Positions 37,005 to 51,092 of a DNA stretch of 64,000 bases are shown piece after piece; position 1 is the stretch's first letter; each line of letters opens with the position of its first letter. The notes under the pieces are model-generated. The model made no database searches. It was not told the DNA's origin and was given only the letters and a program-made list of their open reading frames with translations. Source of the DNA: Camelus ferus. Taxonomy: Eukaryota. The position numbers and the translations under genes were made by a program. Location: positions 7,690,001 to 7,754,000 of the forward strand of contig NC_045698.1 of the NCBI RefSeq assembly GCF_009834535.1, in the 5' to 3' direction.

Positions 37005-40000
37005 AAAAATCCCTTTTTAAGGGTGGTAAAATATTTTTGTTCTTTTTAACTCAAAAGTTGATGAAGTAACTTTTAGATGGGGTTTCTAAGACAAAAACCA
37101 AACCAATCATCTTCCAGCCTTTTCATGGTCACCATTTTAAAAATTCTAAAAGTTCTTCCAGACCTTCGTCCATACACATGCCTGTTAACACAACTATAGC
37201 CTGTAATCATGGTCTATTTATTTCTTTTTAATTTTTCACTTTTTTACTTAATATGATTAAAATTTCACTTAATATGGTTAAGTGAAAAACAAACATTTTT
37301 CTGTATTTCAAGGTAGGCATCTTAATAACATTTTGTAATCAGGGAAGAATCTGCACATTTCTCTGTGCAGACGCACCATCATTTACTAGAATGAACATTT
37401 GCCATGCTTTTCACCCCAAGCCATCTGTCTCTTGCTTCCAGGGTTGATACTGCTCCACAGAGCCACTTCCCACTGACGTGGCCCCCACCCCACCGCCGGG
37501 GAATTGCCTTCGTGGTCTGTGTTCCCTGGACTGACGCAGGGGCCTGGGTGTTCCTGGGAGCTCTCTCCGTGTGTTGTCATCTCCCTTTACAAAATGCTGT
37601 GTCTGTTTACAACATACTATGGTGGAAAGTTTTAGTGTGTTTTCTGTCTCTGGTGCGACGGCTCTGTGATGGAATATGTTCTTTCTCTTCCTCTTTTCAC
37701 TCCATACCTCTTTTTCCCTCCCATATTTGGAAAAACCCCCACTTACCTCTCTGATGACTGCTCTGGATCGAGACCAAGAGGATGCCTGTCCGGGGCAGTG
37801 GGGCAGGGGCCAGTGTCCGCTGGGGTGGGTGGAGGGGGCGAGCCCTCACTTGCAGTGTGCGATGCGAGATTCTCAGGCTTCCCGTGGAATCATCAGTAAA
37901 ATCTCATTGCTCACTAAGTACAGTCACTTTTCTTTTTGAGAAATGTGACCACTGACTACAACTCTAGGTCGGCACCAGGTGACCCCAAGGGACAACAGCC
38001 ACATCTGGTCCTGTGGGTACATGTCCAGGACCACTAGCCCACTCCAACCCACGACCGTTCCAGGGTCAACAGTGCTGGCACCATGGGAGACTCTGTACTT
38101 TGAATTTATTATTATTCTCATGAAATATTTCCCTTTGTTTCTCTGCTATTTGCTCACATTTAAGTTCATTCGATGGACATTTCCTGAGTCCTTGCTGTGC
38201 GTTCGACACTGAAGGGATGACAAAGAGAAAGGTGACTAATGTCTGTGTTTTTCTTTAGAGCTTAAAAATGAAGTCGCATATATTGATTTCTCGGATACAA
38301 AATGGGCTCTGTCCTCAAATAAATTATGGCGACGTAAGAAAAATACCTTGGGTACCTGAATTCAGGAGTTTGAGCAAAATGAAACAGTGTCAAGGGGTGT
38401 AGGTATGAACCTTGCCAGAGAGCAGGCTTTTAAACCAACAGGGGACAGCTGTGCAAAATGGCGGAATGGATTAGTATTCCTAATGCCTGACAATAATGAA
38501 GGGATTCCGAATGAATGGCCATGTATTTTTTAATAGACTGAGACAAATAGTCTATTCAGAAAAATGAAGAATCAAAATGACTGGCAGCTTTGCTTGCTTA
38601 TTTTTGTCCTTTTTAAAACTTACTTCTTTATGGAGAGGAGGGTGGTGGGCAATCCACAGGAGTGACGGGCGCTTGGGGTCACGGGTCTGCTCTGGGGCTG
38701 CCACGGACGCTTCTGTTTGGATTTGCTGCCGTGGCCTGCTGCAAAGCAAGTCTGTAATTTTTGCTCTGGAAATAGTGTTCAGTTCAAGGTAAGTGAAAAA
38801 AAAAAAAAAGATATGAGCATCTGTCTCTTCTGAATACGTTCCGCTTTTGACAAACGTTTCTTCACAATTTTGTTGTTCAGATGCGCTAGGTTTGCAGACG
38901 GCTACATAAAAGTCCTTAATATGAATTCTTACATTAAACCGCTCTGGAAGTTCATGATGAAATGAAGGCAGTCTGGTAAAGGCATCTATTCAGTGGTACT
39001 TAGGATACAAAGATTTTTTTTTTTTTTTTTTTTTTGGCAGCACAAATGAGACAGAACATTCCATGGCAATTTTCTGTTTAATTGTGAGAATGCTGTATTT
39101 CGGTTTTGGAATCTGCCCGAGATGCCGGTCATAGGTTCTCAGACAGAACCCAGGGGAAGCAGACATCCCAGGGAGGGCTTTGGAATTGCTCGGCTGCCTG
39201 GAAGTCCACAAAAAATCTTCATCACAACCAGCTCTGGCAATTCACAGAAGATTTTTCAAATTCAGAGAAACTGAATCTGTTGAACATAAAAAAGGAAGAA
39301 CAAAATTTACTCCTCTGTAGAGGCGATCATGCTCCTATTTACAATGTAAAGGAAATGTCGGTTATGCATTCTGTGTCGGCCCTTTAGAATTCTTCCAGCT
39401 CCACTAAACCAGCGGGGAGAACAATAAAAGCAATCAGCCACGAGGTTTGTTTTGCTAAGCTGTCCCTCCTGTCCCATATCCATGCAGTCGCACATCAGTG
39501 CAAAGGGACAGTGCCAGATTCCTTGTTAGCATTTGTTTATGTCTGCAAAGCAGCTGACACACAGTCACTGAGCACTGAGGATGCACTGGACACCATGCTG
39601 GGGCCACCGTGCTGCCCACAAATGCCAGAGCCTCTGCCTTCATGGAGTCTGCAGAGTGACAACCCTTGTCCTGCCTGTAATGGATAATTAAACAGCTTCA
39701 TTTTGTGTGATGAGTTTAATGATCATCTAGGTACCAAGGTCTCCTCTGCTTTTGGCGCAGCCAAGTGGGGCATGGAGTGACCAGTGGGCAGGGGCTGCTC
39801 TTTCTGGCCAGAGAAACCTCTGGTGGTCTCTCTTTTTTCCATGCATTGCTTGGTGCATTCAAGTGTCATCATTTCTCTGGGTGTCATGGTATGAGTGTTG
39901 GAAAGCACCGTGGTGGAGGATGGACCCCTGGAGGAGAGGATGGCGAATACAAGTCTTCAAGTTCGAGAAAGAAAATTTTAGGCGAAGCTAGAGTATATGA

Positions 40001-43000
40001 GAAAGTATGGATACCAGCTGTATTGTGACATCAGGGCAACAGTTAGTGTTTGGTACAGCTGGAGAGAAGGGGGGGGAAGCAAGGAGGATGGGAGAGGTGA
40101 GGGCAGAGGCACGAAGAGCTTTGTAAGGTGCTTCATCTCCCTCCCAAAGTCCGGGCAGAGCCCTTGAAAGATCATAAGCAGGGGCATGACTCCATCTGGT
40201 CTGCTACAGGGAGGACGTGGAGGATGGGAACGGGCCAGCATGTGAGCTGAGCGAGCATCTTGGGAGGGTTTGTGAAGATCCAGGGGAGATGTGATACAGG
40301 CCCCAACCAAGGCAAAACGATTGTTAGTTACAGAATCTTTTGCAAATTGCACAGTGAACTGTAAAAGCTGACTTTAAAACACGCTGGAGGAGATTGCCTC
40401 TTTGAATTGAAGATCTGTAACTACCAATTAGGGCAAATGAATGTATTATTATTGATTCTTTAATTTTAGGCCATAAAGAAATCATGACATGAAGTTATGA
40501 GAATTACAGCCAAATTTAAAGAAACCTTCTGTGTTGTTATTGTTGTTTTTAATAGGGTGGAATTGGCTCAAAGGAGGATGCATCTCTGAATCTATTTAGA
40601 AATTTCTTATATAGACATTGTCGGAGGTGGTTTGACAATAAAACTAGGAGAAAGGAAGAGGTGACCTCACTGTTTCTGCCTTAATTCCTAAAGTGTGATG
40701 GTTAATCTCATACCTGGGGATTTGTGCCTCAGCCACCGGTCTCCTACTATTTCCCTTCAGTCTTTGGAAACCAATGATTCCAATGTGACAGACTGAAGTT
40801 CACGCATCCCCACTGAGACCCAGTACACTGCCAACGTGCAGACGTGTGTAAAGGCGTTACGTGAAGACTCTTCTGGAACGTTTATGTTCCAAAAGGTAAG
40901 GCTTGGGTCACAGTATATCTCATTCTGAACCTTGCTGTAGGAGAATTTTGCTGAGTCCTAATGAATGTCTCAAATACAAGAAAGCAAATGTCCTTAGTTT
41001 GGTAGTATTTGGAATTTTCATGCCCAATCATCGTACCCAAAGAGGGCTGCCCAAGAAGAGACAGTTGGGCTTGACTTTGATGTAAGTACTGTCTCAACTA
41101 TAATAGTGCTTGAAGGGAGTGTTGGTGTGTTCTCTTTGAGAATCACATGGGGTCTTTGAGAATCACATTGGGTCAATTCCTCTGTGCACAGAGGCTAAAA
41201 TGGGACTTACTTGAGAAGAGGATGGACTTCATGACTTAGATATTTTCCAGCCCTATTATTCCGTTTTTTTCATGAGCCTTTTATTCCGCATCCAATAGAA
41301 TAAGGTTTTTGAGAATGAGCTTTTGAAATTAATATGTTGAGATATTGCTAGAAGCTCTTTGAATAACGAGATGTTTTATTTCAAGAGCCAGGAATGAAAC
41401 ACTCAGCAGCATATTACTTCCAGGTGAAGTCGCGGCACTACGACAATTGTTACTCTTACAGTAACTTGAAGGCGGTTGTAATTCTGAACTAATTAGAGGG
41501 TGCAAATGGAGACTTGTCATTTACATTTTTCTCCTGGCATGTATTGCTCATGCTTTTTGGCTTTTGGCATAATCAGTACTTCAGTCACAGTTTAAAGAAA
41601 GGGGTACATCTTGGAGGTGGATTAAACCAAGGCTTAGTTTCTTTGCCTCAACAATGAAATGTGCCATCTTTAAGTGAAACTCATAACCAGTCATGGGGTT
41701 TAAAATCGTCTCTGGATCAAGAGGTAAGTGCTAAGTACAGGAATGAGTCAACTCTCATTTGGCTTTTGGGAGATATGCTAATTCTTCCCTGGAGAAAGAC
41801 ATTTTATCACGGAGACAACTTTGGATGTGGGCTTTGGAGAATTACAGACGGGGCTGAGGGTGGGGGAAAGAACATCTGTAACAGAGGAAGCGAGAGGGGA
41901 AAGAGCGTACAATGTGAGGCTGTTTGATATTTATTTCTTCACCAAAGGTTTATTGTGGTCTGTCATATGCCAGATACTCTTCTAAGCTCTGGGCACAGCA
42001 GCAAATTAAATGGACAAGTTCCCACTTTCCTGGAGGTCCAAAATGTTAGGACAGTGATCTCGGGAGAACGGAAACAAATAAAGTGATCTCTACAATGGCT
42101 CCAAAATGTTAATCAGTATCACACAGCTGACACTGGACAGGTGGGAGGTGTTATGGGTCCAAAGGAAGAAAGCCATGACACGCTGGGCCAAGGAGCTGGG
42201 GCCCTAGTCTGCAGAGCTGGAGCTGGCAGGTAATCCCCCTATTAAATGGCACCATGGCTCTGGCTTTTGTGATAGCAGAATCTCAGTCCTCCAAATATGC
42301 CCAGTTGCTGCTGGGAGCAAGACTCTTGACGTGCCTCTCGTGTGTCTGCACGGGTTTTCAACAGCCCTCGCCATGCCATCTTCACCCTGTTCTTCCTTTC
42401 TAGTTATGGCTCGCAGCTGCCCACACCGTGGCCCACGCTGTTCCTAGGAAAAGCTGTACCCTGGCATCGCCTCAGTCTTTGCCAAGATGGGGGAGGAGCC
42501 GGGAAGGTGGCAGTCGGGGGCTATGATTGCTCCTGAAGTTTCCATTCATCGGGGCATGCCAACAGGGCTGGTTTCCCTGAAGAGGTGGCTCAAGACCCCT
42601 GATACAGAAACTGTTAGCTCCCTTCCCAGATGGCCTCTATATTTGCCATTCCAGGACACACTGGTGGAGCCCCATCGGGCACAGCTTGAGGGCTTTCTCT
42701 TGGCTTACCTGCACAGGTCAGAAATCCTGGGCATAGGCACCGCAGGGGCATCCCGCAGCTGAAGATGGGTGGGAGTAGAGGATGAATACCCCAGTTTCTT
42801 GGCCATGTAAGTATTTTGCTCTGTAAGTTCTAGCTGCTTTGGCTTCCTTGGGCTCCATCCTTGGTCTTCTCAGCTCAGGGAGACTGCTTATTTGGGTTCC
42901 CCCTTCCTGGACGGCAGCCTGGACACCCTCCAGGCAGTCAGCTGGCACAGCTGCGGGGATTACCTCTTTGTTTCCCTGCTCCCGTGACCACGGTCCTGAA

Positions 43001-43129
43001 CTGCCTATTGTCCTTGTTTCATTTACGTTGTCCAGTTTCCTACTTATTTAAGAGTAAATCCATTCCCTAGTACTCCATCGTGATTAGAAGCAGAAGTCCT
43101 TCATGTCAGCAATTAGTGAAGAAAGCATA

Positions 43130-43925
43130 GTCTTTCAACAGAAGGTGCTGGAACAACGGACTGTCCCCATGGGAAAAGCTGGGCTTTGACTCCTACCTTC
43201 CAAGATTAAAAAAAAAAAAACCCAAACAAACAAAATAACAAACAAACTCAACTTGATGTGGATCAAACCCCCAAATGTAATAGTTAAAACTATAAAACAC
43301 TGAGAAGAAACACAGGAGAAAAATCTACATATCCTTGGAGCAGGCAGAGATTTCCAGAATTTGTAAAGCACTCTTACGACTGAGGCAAACAATCTATTAA
43401 AATAAGGGTAAAATATTTTATCAGTCTCTTTAAAGGAAAAAAAAAGATATTGTAGGAGGGAAGAAGGACATGAAAATTTGCTCAACATCATTATTCATCA
43501 GGGTGAAACAAATTAAAACCACAATGAGATATTACTACTCACACATTAAAAGACTAAAGTTTGAAAACTGATAGTCTCAAGTGTTGGTGAGGATGTGGTA
43601 CAGTTGGAACTCTCAGAAATTTCTGGTAGGTAAGTACACCAGCAACCTCTTAAGAAAATAGTTTGGCAGTTTCTTATAAAGTTCTATATGTACTTATTTT
43701 TTAATCTTAAAATTCCATTCCTAGGTATTTACCCAAAAAGAAAGAAGATATGTATTTACCACCACCCACCAAAATCCCAAGTATGCAATGTGCAAAAATG
43801 TCTTCTTCATAATGGTCCCAAAATGGCCTTCAAGAACTGGATGGATAAATAAATTGTGGTATGTCCGTACAATAGAACACCACTCAGAACAAAAAGGAAT
43901 GAAGTACATGTACATGTGTTAAAAA
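43130..43925 (+). mobile_element. Ancient L1 ORF2 3' fragment
   Basis: tctttcaaca..ggtgctggaacaa; aattaaaaccacaatgagata; ctaggtatttaccca; aataaattgtggtat. Confidence 0.8.
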
Positions 43926-44950
43926 AGACAAACAAACCTAAACAGAGGCCATAGTTTGAAGATATCCTTAAGAAAACCGCCCTGATTTTCCCAAAAGACT
44001 GACTCTGACCTTCACCGGCAAGATCATGAGCCAGTGGGCAGCTCCTCCCCTTGGGGAGGCGGGACTAGATCTGGCGTGTTCTCCGCTCCCCACCCCCAAC
44101 CCCACTCCAGCCCCTGCCTCTGATGCTACCTGCCCCCAAGCTGGGGTAGGGGACAGCAGAAATGTCCTGCAGCATGAGGGCTGGGGCCTCCCCCACACCC
44201 ATGAGGAACTGAGGGTGATTTGAATTGAAATGAGTTTGGATGTGGAAACACTTACAGTTCTTGCACACTGGAGATTATGGACCGAGGTAATTCATCCCTC
44301 TATGGCCTGGTGTGCTGGCACTGGGGATTTGGGTGGACTGTGGAAGGATGGGCCTTCTACAGTGCACTGTCCTTCTAGTTCTGGAGGAGAAAGTGAGACA
44401 GGAGGGCCCTGGCTCCTTGGATGGGTTGCAGCATAGACTTGTGTGGCTATTTCCAGAGCTCTGTGCCCCACATCAAGGGGAGACATGGGAGATCGGGAGG
44501 AGGTTCAAGGTCTGGGGAGAGAAGATCAAGACTTCTTTAGCAACCCCCAGGCTGCACAGGGATTGTGAATTCTCTCAGACCTGTAAGCTTACTTAGTGCC
44601 TAGGTAAAGAAAGACACACAGAGGTGTTTTGTAAGTGGGGATCCAATAGGATTTGGCACAATACTCCAATGTCTTTTGGATTGTTTTTCTACATCCAACT
44701 TAATTCCCATTCAAAGCTCAATGTACTTCAAGTACACAGAGATAGAACTGCTTGTACGAGAATGTTGGCTCAAACTGTTACTATCCCTCTAAAGCCAACA
44801 TTAATATCGAAAAATCCACAATTTACCTCTGCCCTCCATCTCTCAGCCATCCACTTGGTATCACCAACAGTGATGGAGGAAGGAAGGCAGTGAAGAGCGA
44901 ACTGAGGGACCGGTGAGTACAAAAGTCAAGATTGGAAAGAGGCTGGAATG

Positions 44951-45294
44951 CCTGTGTAGACAGCCCTTCACAAAACAAACAGACTCTCACACACGTAGAA
45001 AACAAATTTATGGTTACCGGGGGGGAAAAGGGGTGGGAAGGGGTAAATCAGGAGTTTGAGATTTGCAGATACTAACTAACATACATAAAATAGATAAACA
45101 ACAAGTTCATACTGCATAGCACAGGGAGCTATATTCAATATTTTGTAGTAACTTATGGTGAAAAGGAATATGAAAATGAATACATGTATGTATGACTGAA
45201 GCGTTGTGCTGTATGCCAGAAATTGATACAACATTGTAAACTGACTATACTTCAATAAAAAACATATATACACAAATTTTTAAAAAAGAAAAAT
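44951..45294 (+). mobile_element. 5'-truncated young L1 with perfect 15-bp TSD AAAGAGGCTGGAATG
   Basis: L1 3' UTR plus A-tail; TSD at 44936-44950 and 45295-45309. Confidence 0.93.
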
Positions 45295-46689
45295 AAAGAG
45301 GCTGGAATGAAAGAGAAGATGGGTCTTTCTGGGATTGAGGAAGAGTGAAGATAAAGGCTGCTGGTTTAAGAGAAACTGAATTGTGGTCTCTTCGGGTCAG
45401 TCTCGGAAAGGGTCACATGTTTTCTTCATAGGTGCTTTTCCTGGCCACCTCTCCAATCTAAAACTCATTTTCATGGGGCCATATTCCTTCCTTCCTTCCT
45501 TCTTAAAAAAGAAGAGAAGCATGTCACTCTCCGGCAATGGAAGAGGGAGGAGACAGGGCTGCGGAAGAGCTTGGTTTAATTATCAGGCCACGTCAGGTAT
45601 TTCAATGTTCCTGCATCAGCAATTCTGAGTACGTGTCGCTTTTCTCACCAGAAGCTATTTTTTAATTAAGTTAAAGTTGTCCGCTGTCTCACCGTTGATT
45701 TTCTCTTTTAAAAAGTCGTGCCAGACCTTCCTGTAAGCAACGTCAGAATAGCCTCTTTTCACGTTTAGGGCGGCAGTCATTCGGCAAAGATTTGCTGAGC
45801 CTGTGGGAATCTCACTACCAAAGTGATCGTAATGGTGTTTTAATGTCTGAACTCCTCTGTTCTTATGTGTGAGGTTACCAACTGGATAAAAGAAATGGCT
45901 TTGACATTCTGCTGGTTACTGGAGTTTGGAAAGTGCCCCTGAAGGGTGGAAGGTTTGTGAGGTTTTCTGTACCAAATGAGAAACAGTTAAACCATCAAAC
46001 CTTCATTGATATCCACAATGCATTAGGGTTTTGTTTTTTTTCAGTCTCTTCATAAATACATTGATATATTGTTGAGTGAATGGTTATGGTAGAAGAAATA
46101 AAGATCTTCTGGATAGCCATACCTCAAAAATTAAGAAACAGGTTTAAAAAGCTGTTCATAGTTTATAATAGGAGAGATGTGTCTTCAAAGGAAAGGTTTG
46201 CATCCCCCAAAGAGAGGCTTAGTAGTATTCTGGGACTATTTGAAAAGACCTCACATAAGATGTATTTATTATTTTACAGAGTCTTATAAAACACCCTGTT
46301 CACAGAATAGAGGTCATTTTTATTGGTATTACCTCTAAGTATGATTTCTGATCAATGGTTTGAGTAAAATGGAGAATGAGTCAAAAGAAATTAACTAAAG
46401 TGTTAAATCATCATTTTTTCAGACTGTTACCTTGCTTAACATCTCTCCTACATCAGGGGCCCAAGAACCATCACCTGGCCAACTTCTCTGTCAAATGCTG
46501 CTCCTGTTCCCCAAATCTCATAAGCTTCCCTTTCAATTAAATAGTAGTACAATTCCTTGCTGGTTAGTTCCTTGGACATGTCCAAGTCTTTTCCAAGAGT
46601 TAGATAATTTCTCTGCAGAGACCCACCTCATTATTTTTGTGTAACCTGTCCATTATTGCAATAACTTCCCTCCTCCTGACAATTACGTA

Positions 46690-47810
46690 GCACACTTTTG
46701 TGTCACCACATTTATTGGGCACCCTCAATTCCGTGCCAGGCAGTGGGTCAGAAGCTCAAGACATCAAGATGCCCAGGGTGGACCTCAAGTTGCCTTTTGT
46801 TTTGGAAACAGTAAAGCAAACCCATGATTATGATACACAGTGAGGAAGACATAATAGAGTTAGCAGCAGGTGCTATGAGAAGGGACAGGGGTCCACATCA
46901 GACCACAGCATCGTGGAACCCTTCCCCAGGGCAATGGTGTTGAGTCTGAGCCTTGAGGGACTCATGGGAGTTGAAGAGTGGCGATGTGCGTTCCGGATAT
47001 GAAGGACAGCGGGTCGTGAAGACTTTGTGTCGTGGCCTCTGTTTCGGGTGGTTGTAAGGACAAGTATGCTAGAACGTTTCAGGACCTACTGCGGAGGCAA
47101 TTTCTGATTGGGAAGCGTTTTGATATTCAAACTTGATGCTGAAAGTTCTCAGAAGGGAATTGAAAGGCAGAGCAGCACTATGAGATGATTAACATTGCAG
47201 AGGAATAGATCTGGCCCAAGTGTGGAATGTAGGTTAGAGGGGGCACATTCTAGAGAAAGGGGAGCCAATGAGGCTGCAGTTTCAGGAGCCCAAGTGAGAA
47301 GAAATAAGGGCCTGATAAAAGCAGAAACTGGGGAGGAAAGGAAAGTGTGGGACTGAGGAATATCAAGGCAACTGAACTGGTTACTGATACGAGCAGAGGA
47401 GTGAGGCAGAAGGATTTGTTTACAATGACCGTCACTGCTGCCTGGGCAGTGGGGCCATCCTTTGCACAGGGGGATGTAGACACGGGGAGGCTAATGGAGG
47501 GTTGGTGGAGAATGAACCCATGTGTACCTGTGCGAGGTCCACGGGAGAAGTTAGGAAGGTAGTCTCACATTTCAGTCTGGACCTTGGGGCGCTGGTCTTG
47601 ACCAGAGATCTGAACTTGTAGGTACTCAGCAAACAGCTGATGGTTCAGATCACTGATTTACATAAAGGGAGGGCACAGAGCAAGAAGAGGAGACGTTGAG
47701 GATGATCAGCATTAGGGAGTGAATGGAGGAGGAAGAATCCAAGGCAACACCAGGAAAGGAGCTGTCAGGGAGATGGAGGGAGGGCTGGAATTTTCCAGAA
47801 TCTTCACTTC
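46690..47810 (-). mobile_element. L2 fragments
   Basis: catttattgggcacc..gtgccaggca and other purine-rich L2 antisense motifs; strongly diverged. Confidence 0.5.
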
Positions 47811-48972
47811 TCATCCCAAATGAATTGCCGTGGAGCTGACACGCCTCTCTCCACCACTGCCAGCTCCATTTTCTTTCCTCTTGTGAATTCCTCAAGAAGA
47901 GTAGAAATATTTCCTTTCACCATGCAAGTCCCCAGATTTGGCTAAATTCATACAATGACGGGCCCGTCTCTCAGGGACCTAATGAATTACTGGGCTTTGT
48001 GCTTCACTACTACTTTTGGTTCTATGTCCTAAAGAAAGGTACTTCTTTTTAGACTTGGGATATTATTAAAATTCCCTTCTACAGAAACAAACTAAGCCTA
48101 CCAATTTCAGATCACAGATACTTTAAAAGAATGGTGCACAGTTTACAGAAAATTTGAATAAATAAAAACACTTGGCTACAGTTAAGATATCTTTCATTAA
48201 CATATAATTTTTGTCAGTCACTACTCAGCCTATTACATGTTTTCACACAAGTTTATGAAGAACTAATTCACTCTGGTATGATTTTATTCCTCAGCACTTG
48301 TCCTTTATTGAAAGACCCTAAATCAGTTTTTCCAGGTCTCAATGCCCCTATAACTTTTCTTTTGCTTTCATTTGCTTCCATTTTTACTGTATCAGGGGAG
48401 CTCTGATTACACTGTATTGCAAACTTTTTGAGGTCATTCTCTTTTGTACTTACCCAATTCTTTCCATTGGAAATGACCAATAAATATATAACATGATGAT
48501 TTGATTGCTTATAACTTATCAGAGAAATGGTCAGTTGGCTCTCCTTAGAGTCCAGCTCTTCCTTTGCTAACTGGTTCATTTTTAGACCCAGCAGTAATGA
48601 AATAACAAAAACAGATACTAAGATATGTTGGTTTATAGGAACATCTCAAGAAAAGGTCTCTTTCTAATAAAAAAGGAGCTTGACATAAATTTTTCTAATT
48701 GTTATTTTTTTTTTTTCTCTCACTGGCTATTTTAAAAAGTCATGTAATGTTAACCATCATCTTTGAAACCCACTGTTTTTGGATACGCAGAAGGAAACTT
48801 ACCCTTCAAACACCTTTGACCTGAACAGAATGAATTGAATAAAATTTAAAATAGAGATATAAAAAATCTCCCATTAATAATTATTGTATTTTAATATCTT
48901 CTAGGTAAATTTTTAGTTGAAATAGGCCTGTAAGAGAGAAGGAGATCTAGTGGGCCCAGACAGGATAGAGTG

Positions 48973-49200
48973 TGTATTAGATTCCTGTTGCTATTGTAAC
49001 AAATGAGCACAAGTGGAGTGGGTGAAAATGGTGCGAGTTGATCATCTTCCAGTTCTGGAGATGAGATGCCTGCAGCAAGTCCCACAGGGACGGAATGTGT
49101 CGGTAGGAGTGCGTTCCTTCTGGAGGCTTTAGGGTGGAGTCCATTCCCTTCTCTTTTCTAGCTTCTGGAGGCCGAGTGGATTCTCCATGTCTCTCCTCTC
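48973..49200 (-). mobile_element. MLT1 LTR 3' fragment
   Basis: tgtattag..ttgctattgtaacaaatgagcac..cagttctggag..gttccttctggaggct. Confidence 0.7.
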
Positions 49201-50619
49201 ATGCCTTGCCCTTTTGCACGTGCCTTATTCTGACTCAGTCGTTTTAAAAGAACCAAAGCAGGAGTGATGATTATATGCCTTTAATATATCAGGGGAATAT
49301 ACAGCCTGTACCTGATAACATGAGCTCTCAATTCTGGATGAGTTATGAGACGAGATAGGAGAGGATACAAGGGATCGTGACAGCCTGAAAAATGCCCCAC
49401 CGTGCATGGGCAGCGGGCGAGGTAAGTAGCATTACGCTGCATCTCCCTTGAGGTCCCAGAGCAAATGCATTTTATTGATTTTTGTGCTTAAAAGCCTCAT
49501 CTGTTCAAGTAGCATATTTAATGTTACAAGTACAACTGAGATCAGTTAAAACTCCCACAGGCAAAATGAGTCCCACAATATATTTTCAAAGTAGTATTAA
49601 ATTGGGTAACTTTGCAAGTTTATTTATAAATTAGTTGACTTCTCAGTTATCCTGTTTCTCTCCTGTAGTAAGTGATGTAAGTGCTCTGGTCCACTTTCAG
49701 GACAATCACTCTTCAAATCCCACAGAAACTTGAGGCTGGAAAATTTCTTCCCACAGTGATGATTTGGAAGTGTTCATTCATTTGCAAAAGTTCCTATGGA
49801 AATGAGAAAGACCTCCATGAATATGTTTTTTAAAAGTCATTTAAATCCAGATTGAAAGATGCTTGTCCCATGACTGATAAATATTTCTAGAACCAGTAAA
49901 TCTCTATTCATCTGTTATTCCCAAAGATTGTTCCAAGCGCAATGTGAGAGGTTCCCCCATCTCCCCTTTCCTGCTCTTTCTGACTCTGCTCACCCCTATT
50001 CCCACTTCATTTGGTGCTCAGTGTTGCTGTGAAGTTCCCTGACCTTCAAAGCCCCTGATGCAGAGCCTCACCTGGCTTTCCACCCTTACTGCTCCACTCC
50101 CTTCCAGTATCTTCCATGAAGCTTGGGAGATCTTTTCTTGAGAGCAATGTCATCAGTTTCCTTCCAGTTGTCACACTGGTTCTTGTGACAGTATCTTGTT
50201 CTGGAATTCTCTCTGGGCTGGCTGGAAACGCAGTAGTTTCCCTAGACTCCTTTAGAACACAAGTTTCCTAGCATGTAATAGTTGTCACATGAAAGACATG
50301 TTCAGTTGCCAAGTAAACCTTGGAAATTTATAATGCAGGTTGGCATGTATGAAAACAAAATGCCCCAAATATCTTGGCTAATGTTGTTCAGTCCTTCCCA
50401 TCATTTAAAATAAAAGATATTTTAAAATGATCTGTCTTCCTCAGGGATGAGCAGGCAGTAAAGCAATTTGGGGAGAATCAGCACAAAATGAAGCAGAAAA
50501 GTTACTCAGCTGGGTATCAGGAGAATTTTAACAGCAAGTCCTGGAAAATGCAACTGTGACTTTGGCAGAAGGAGGGAAATTATAGGTTCATTTATTTAAA
50601 AACTTAAGATTAGTTTCAC

Positions 50620-51092
50620 CTAATTGTCTATCAACAGATGAATGGGTAAAGATGTATTATATACATATGATGGAATACTACTCAGCCATAAAAAATGAAT
50701 AACATTTCTATTTGCAGCAACATTGATGGACTTGGAGGGCATTATGTTAAGTGAAATAAGTCAGACAGTGAGAGACAAATACTGTATGATATCACTTATA
50801 TGAGGAATAAAAAAAATACAACAAACTGGTGAATATAACACAAAAGAAGCAGACTCATAGATCTAGAGAACAAACTAGTGGTTACCAGTGGGGAGAAGGA
50901 TGGGGGAGGGGCATACATGGGTAGGGGACTAAGAGGTACAAACTATTAGGTATGAAATAAGCTACAAGGCTATATTGTACAACACCGGGAACCTAGCCAA
51001 TATTTTATAATAACTGTGAATGAAGTATAACCTTTAAAAATTGTGAATCGCTGTATTGTTCACCTGTAACTTATATAATAAAGAAAAAAAAA
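50620..51092 (+). mobile_element. L1 3' end (L1MA9/L1_Art-like)
   Basis: tcaacagatgaatgggtaaag..ggaatactactcagccataaaa..aagctacaagg.tatattgtacaacac. Confidence 0.88.

Noticed and set aside
37263..37287. Perfect 10-bp-stem hairpin TTTCACTTAA-N5-TTAAGTGAAA
   Set aside because: AT-rich, too short for a pre-miRNA, and plausible by chance or local slippage.
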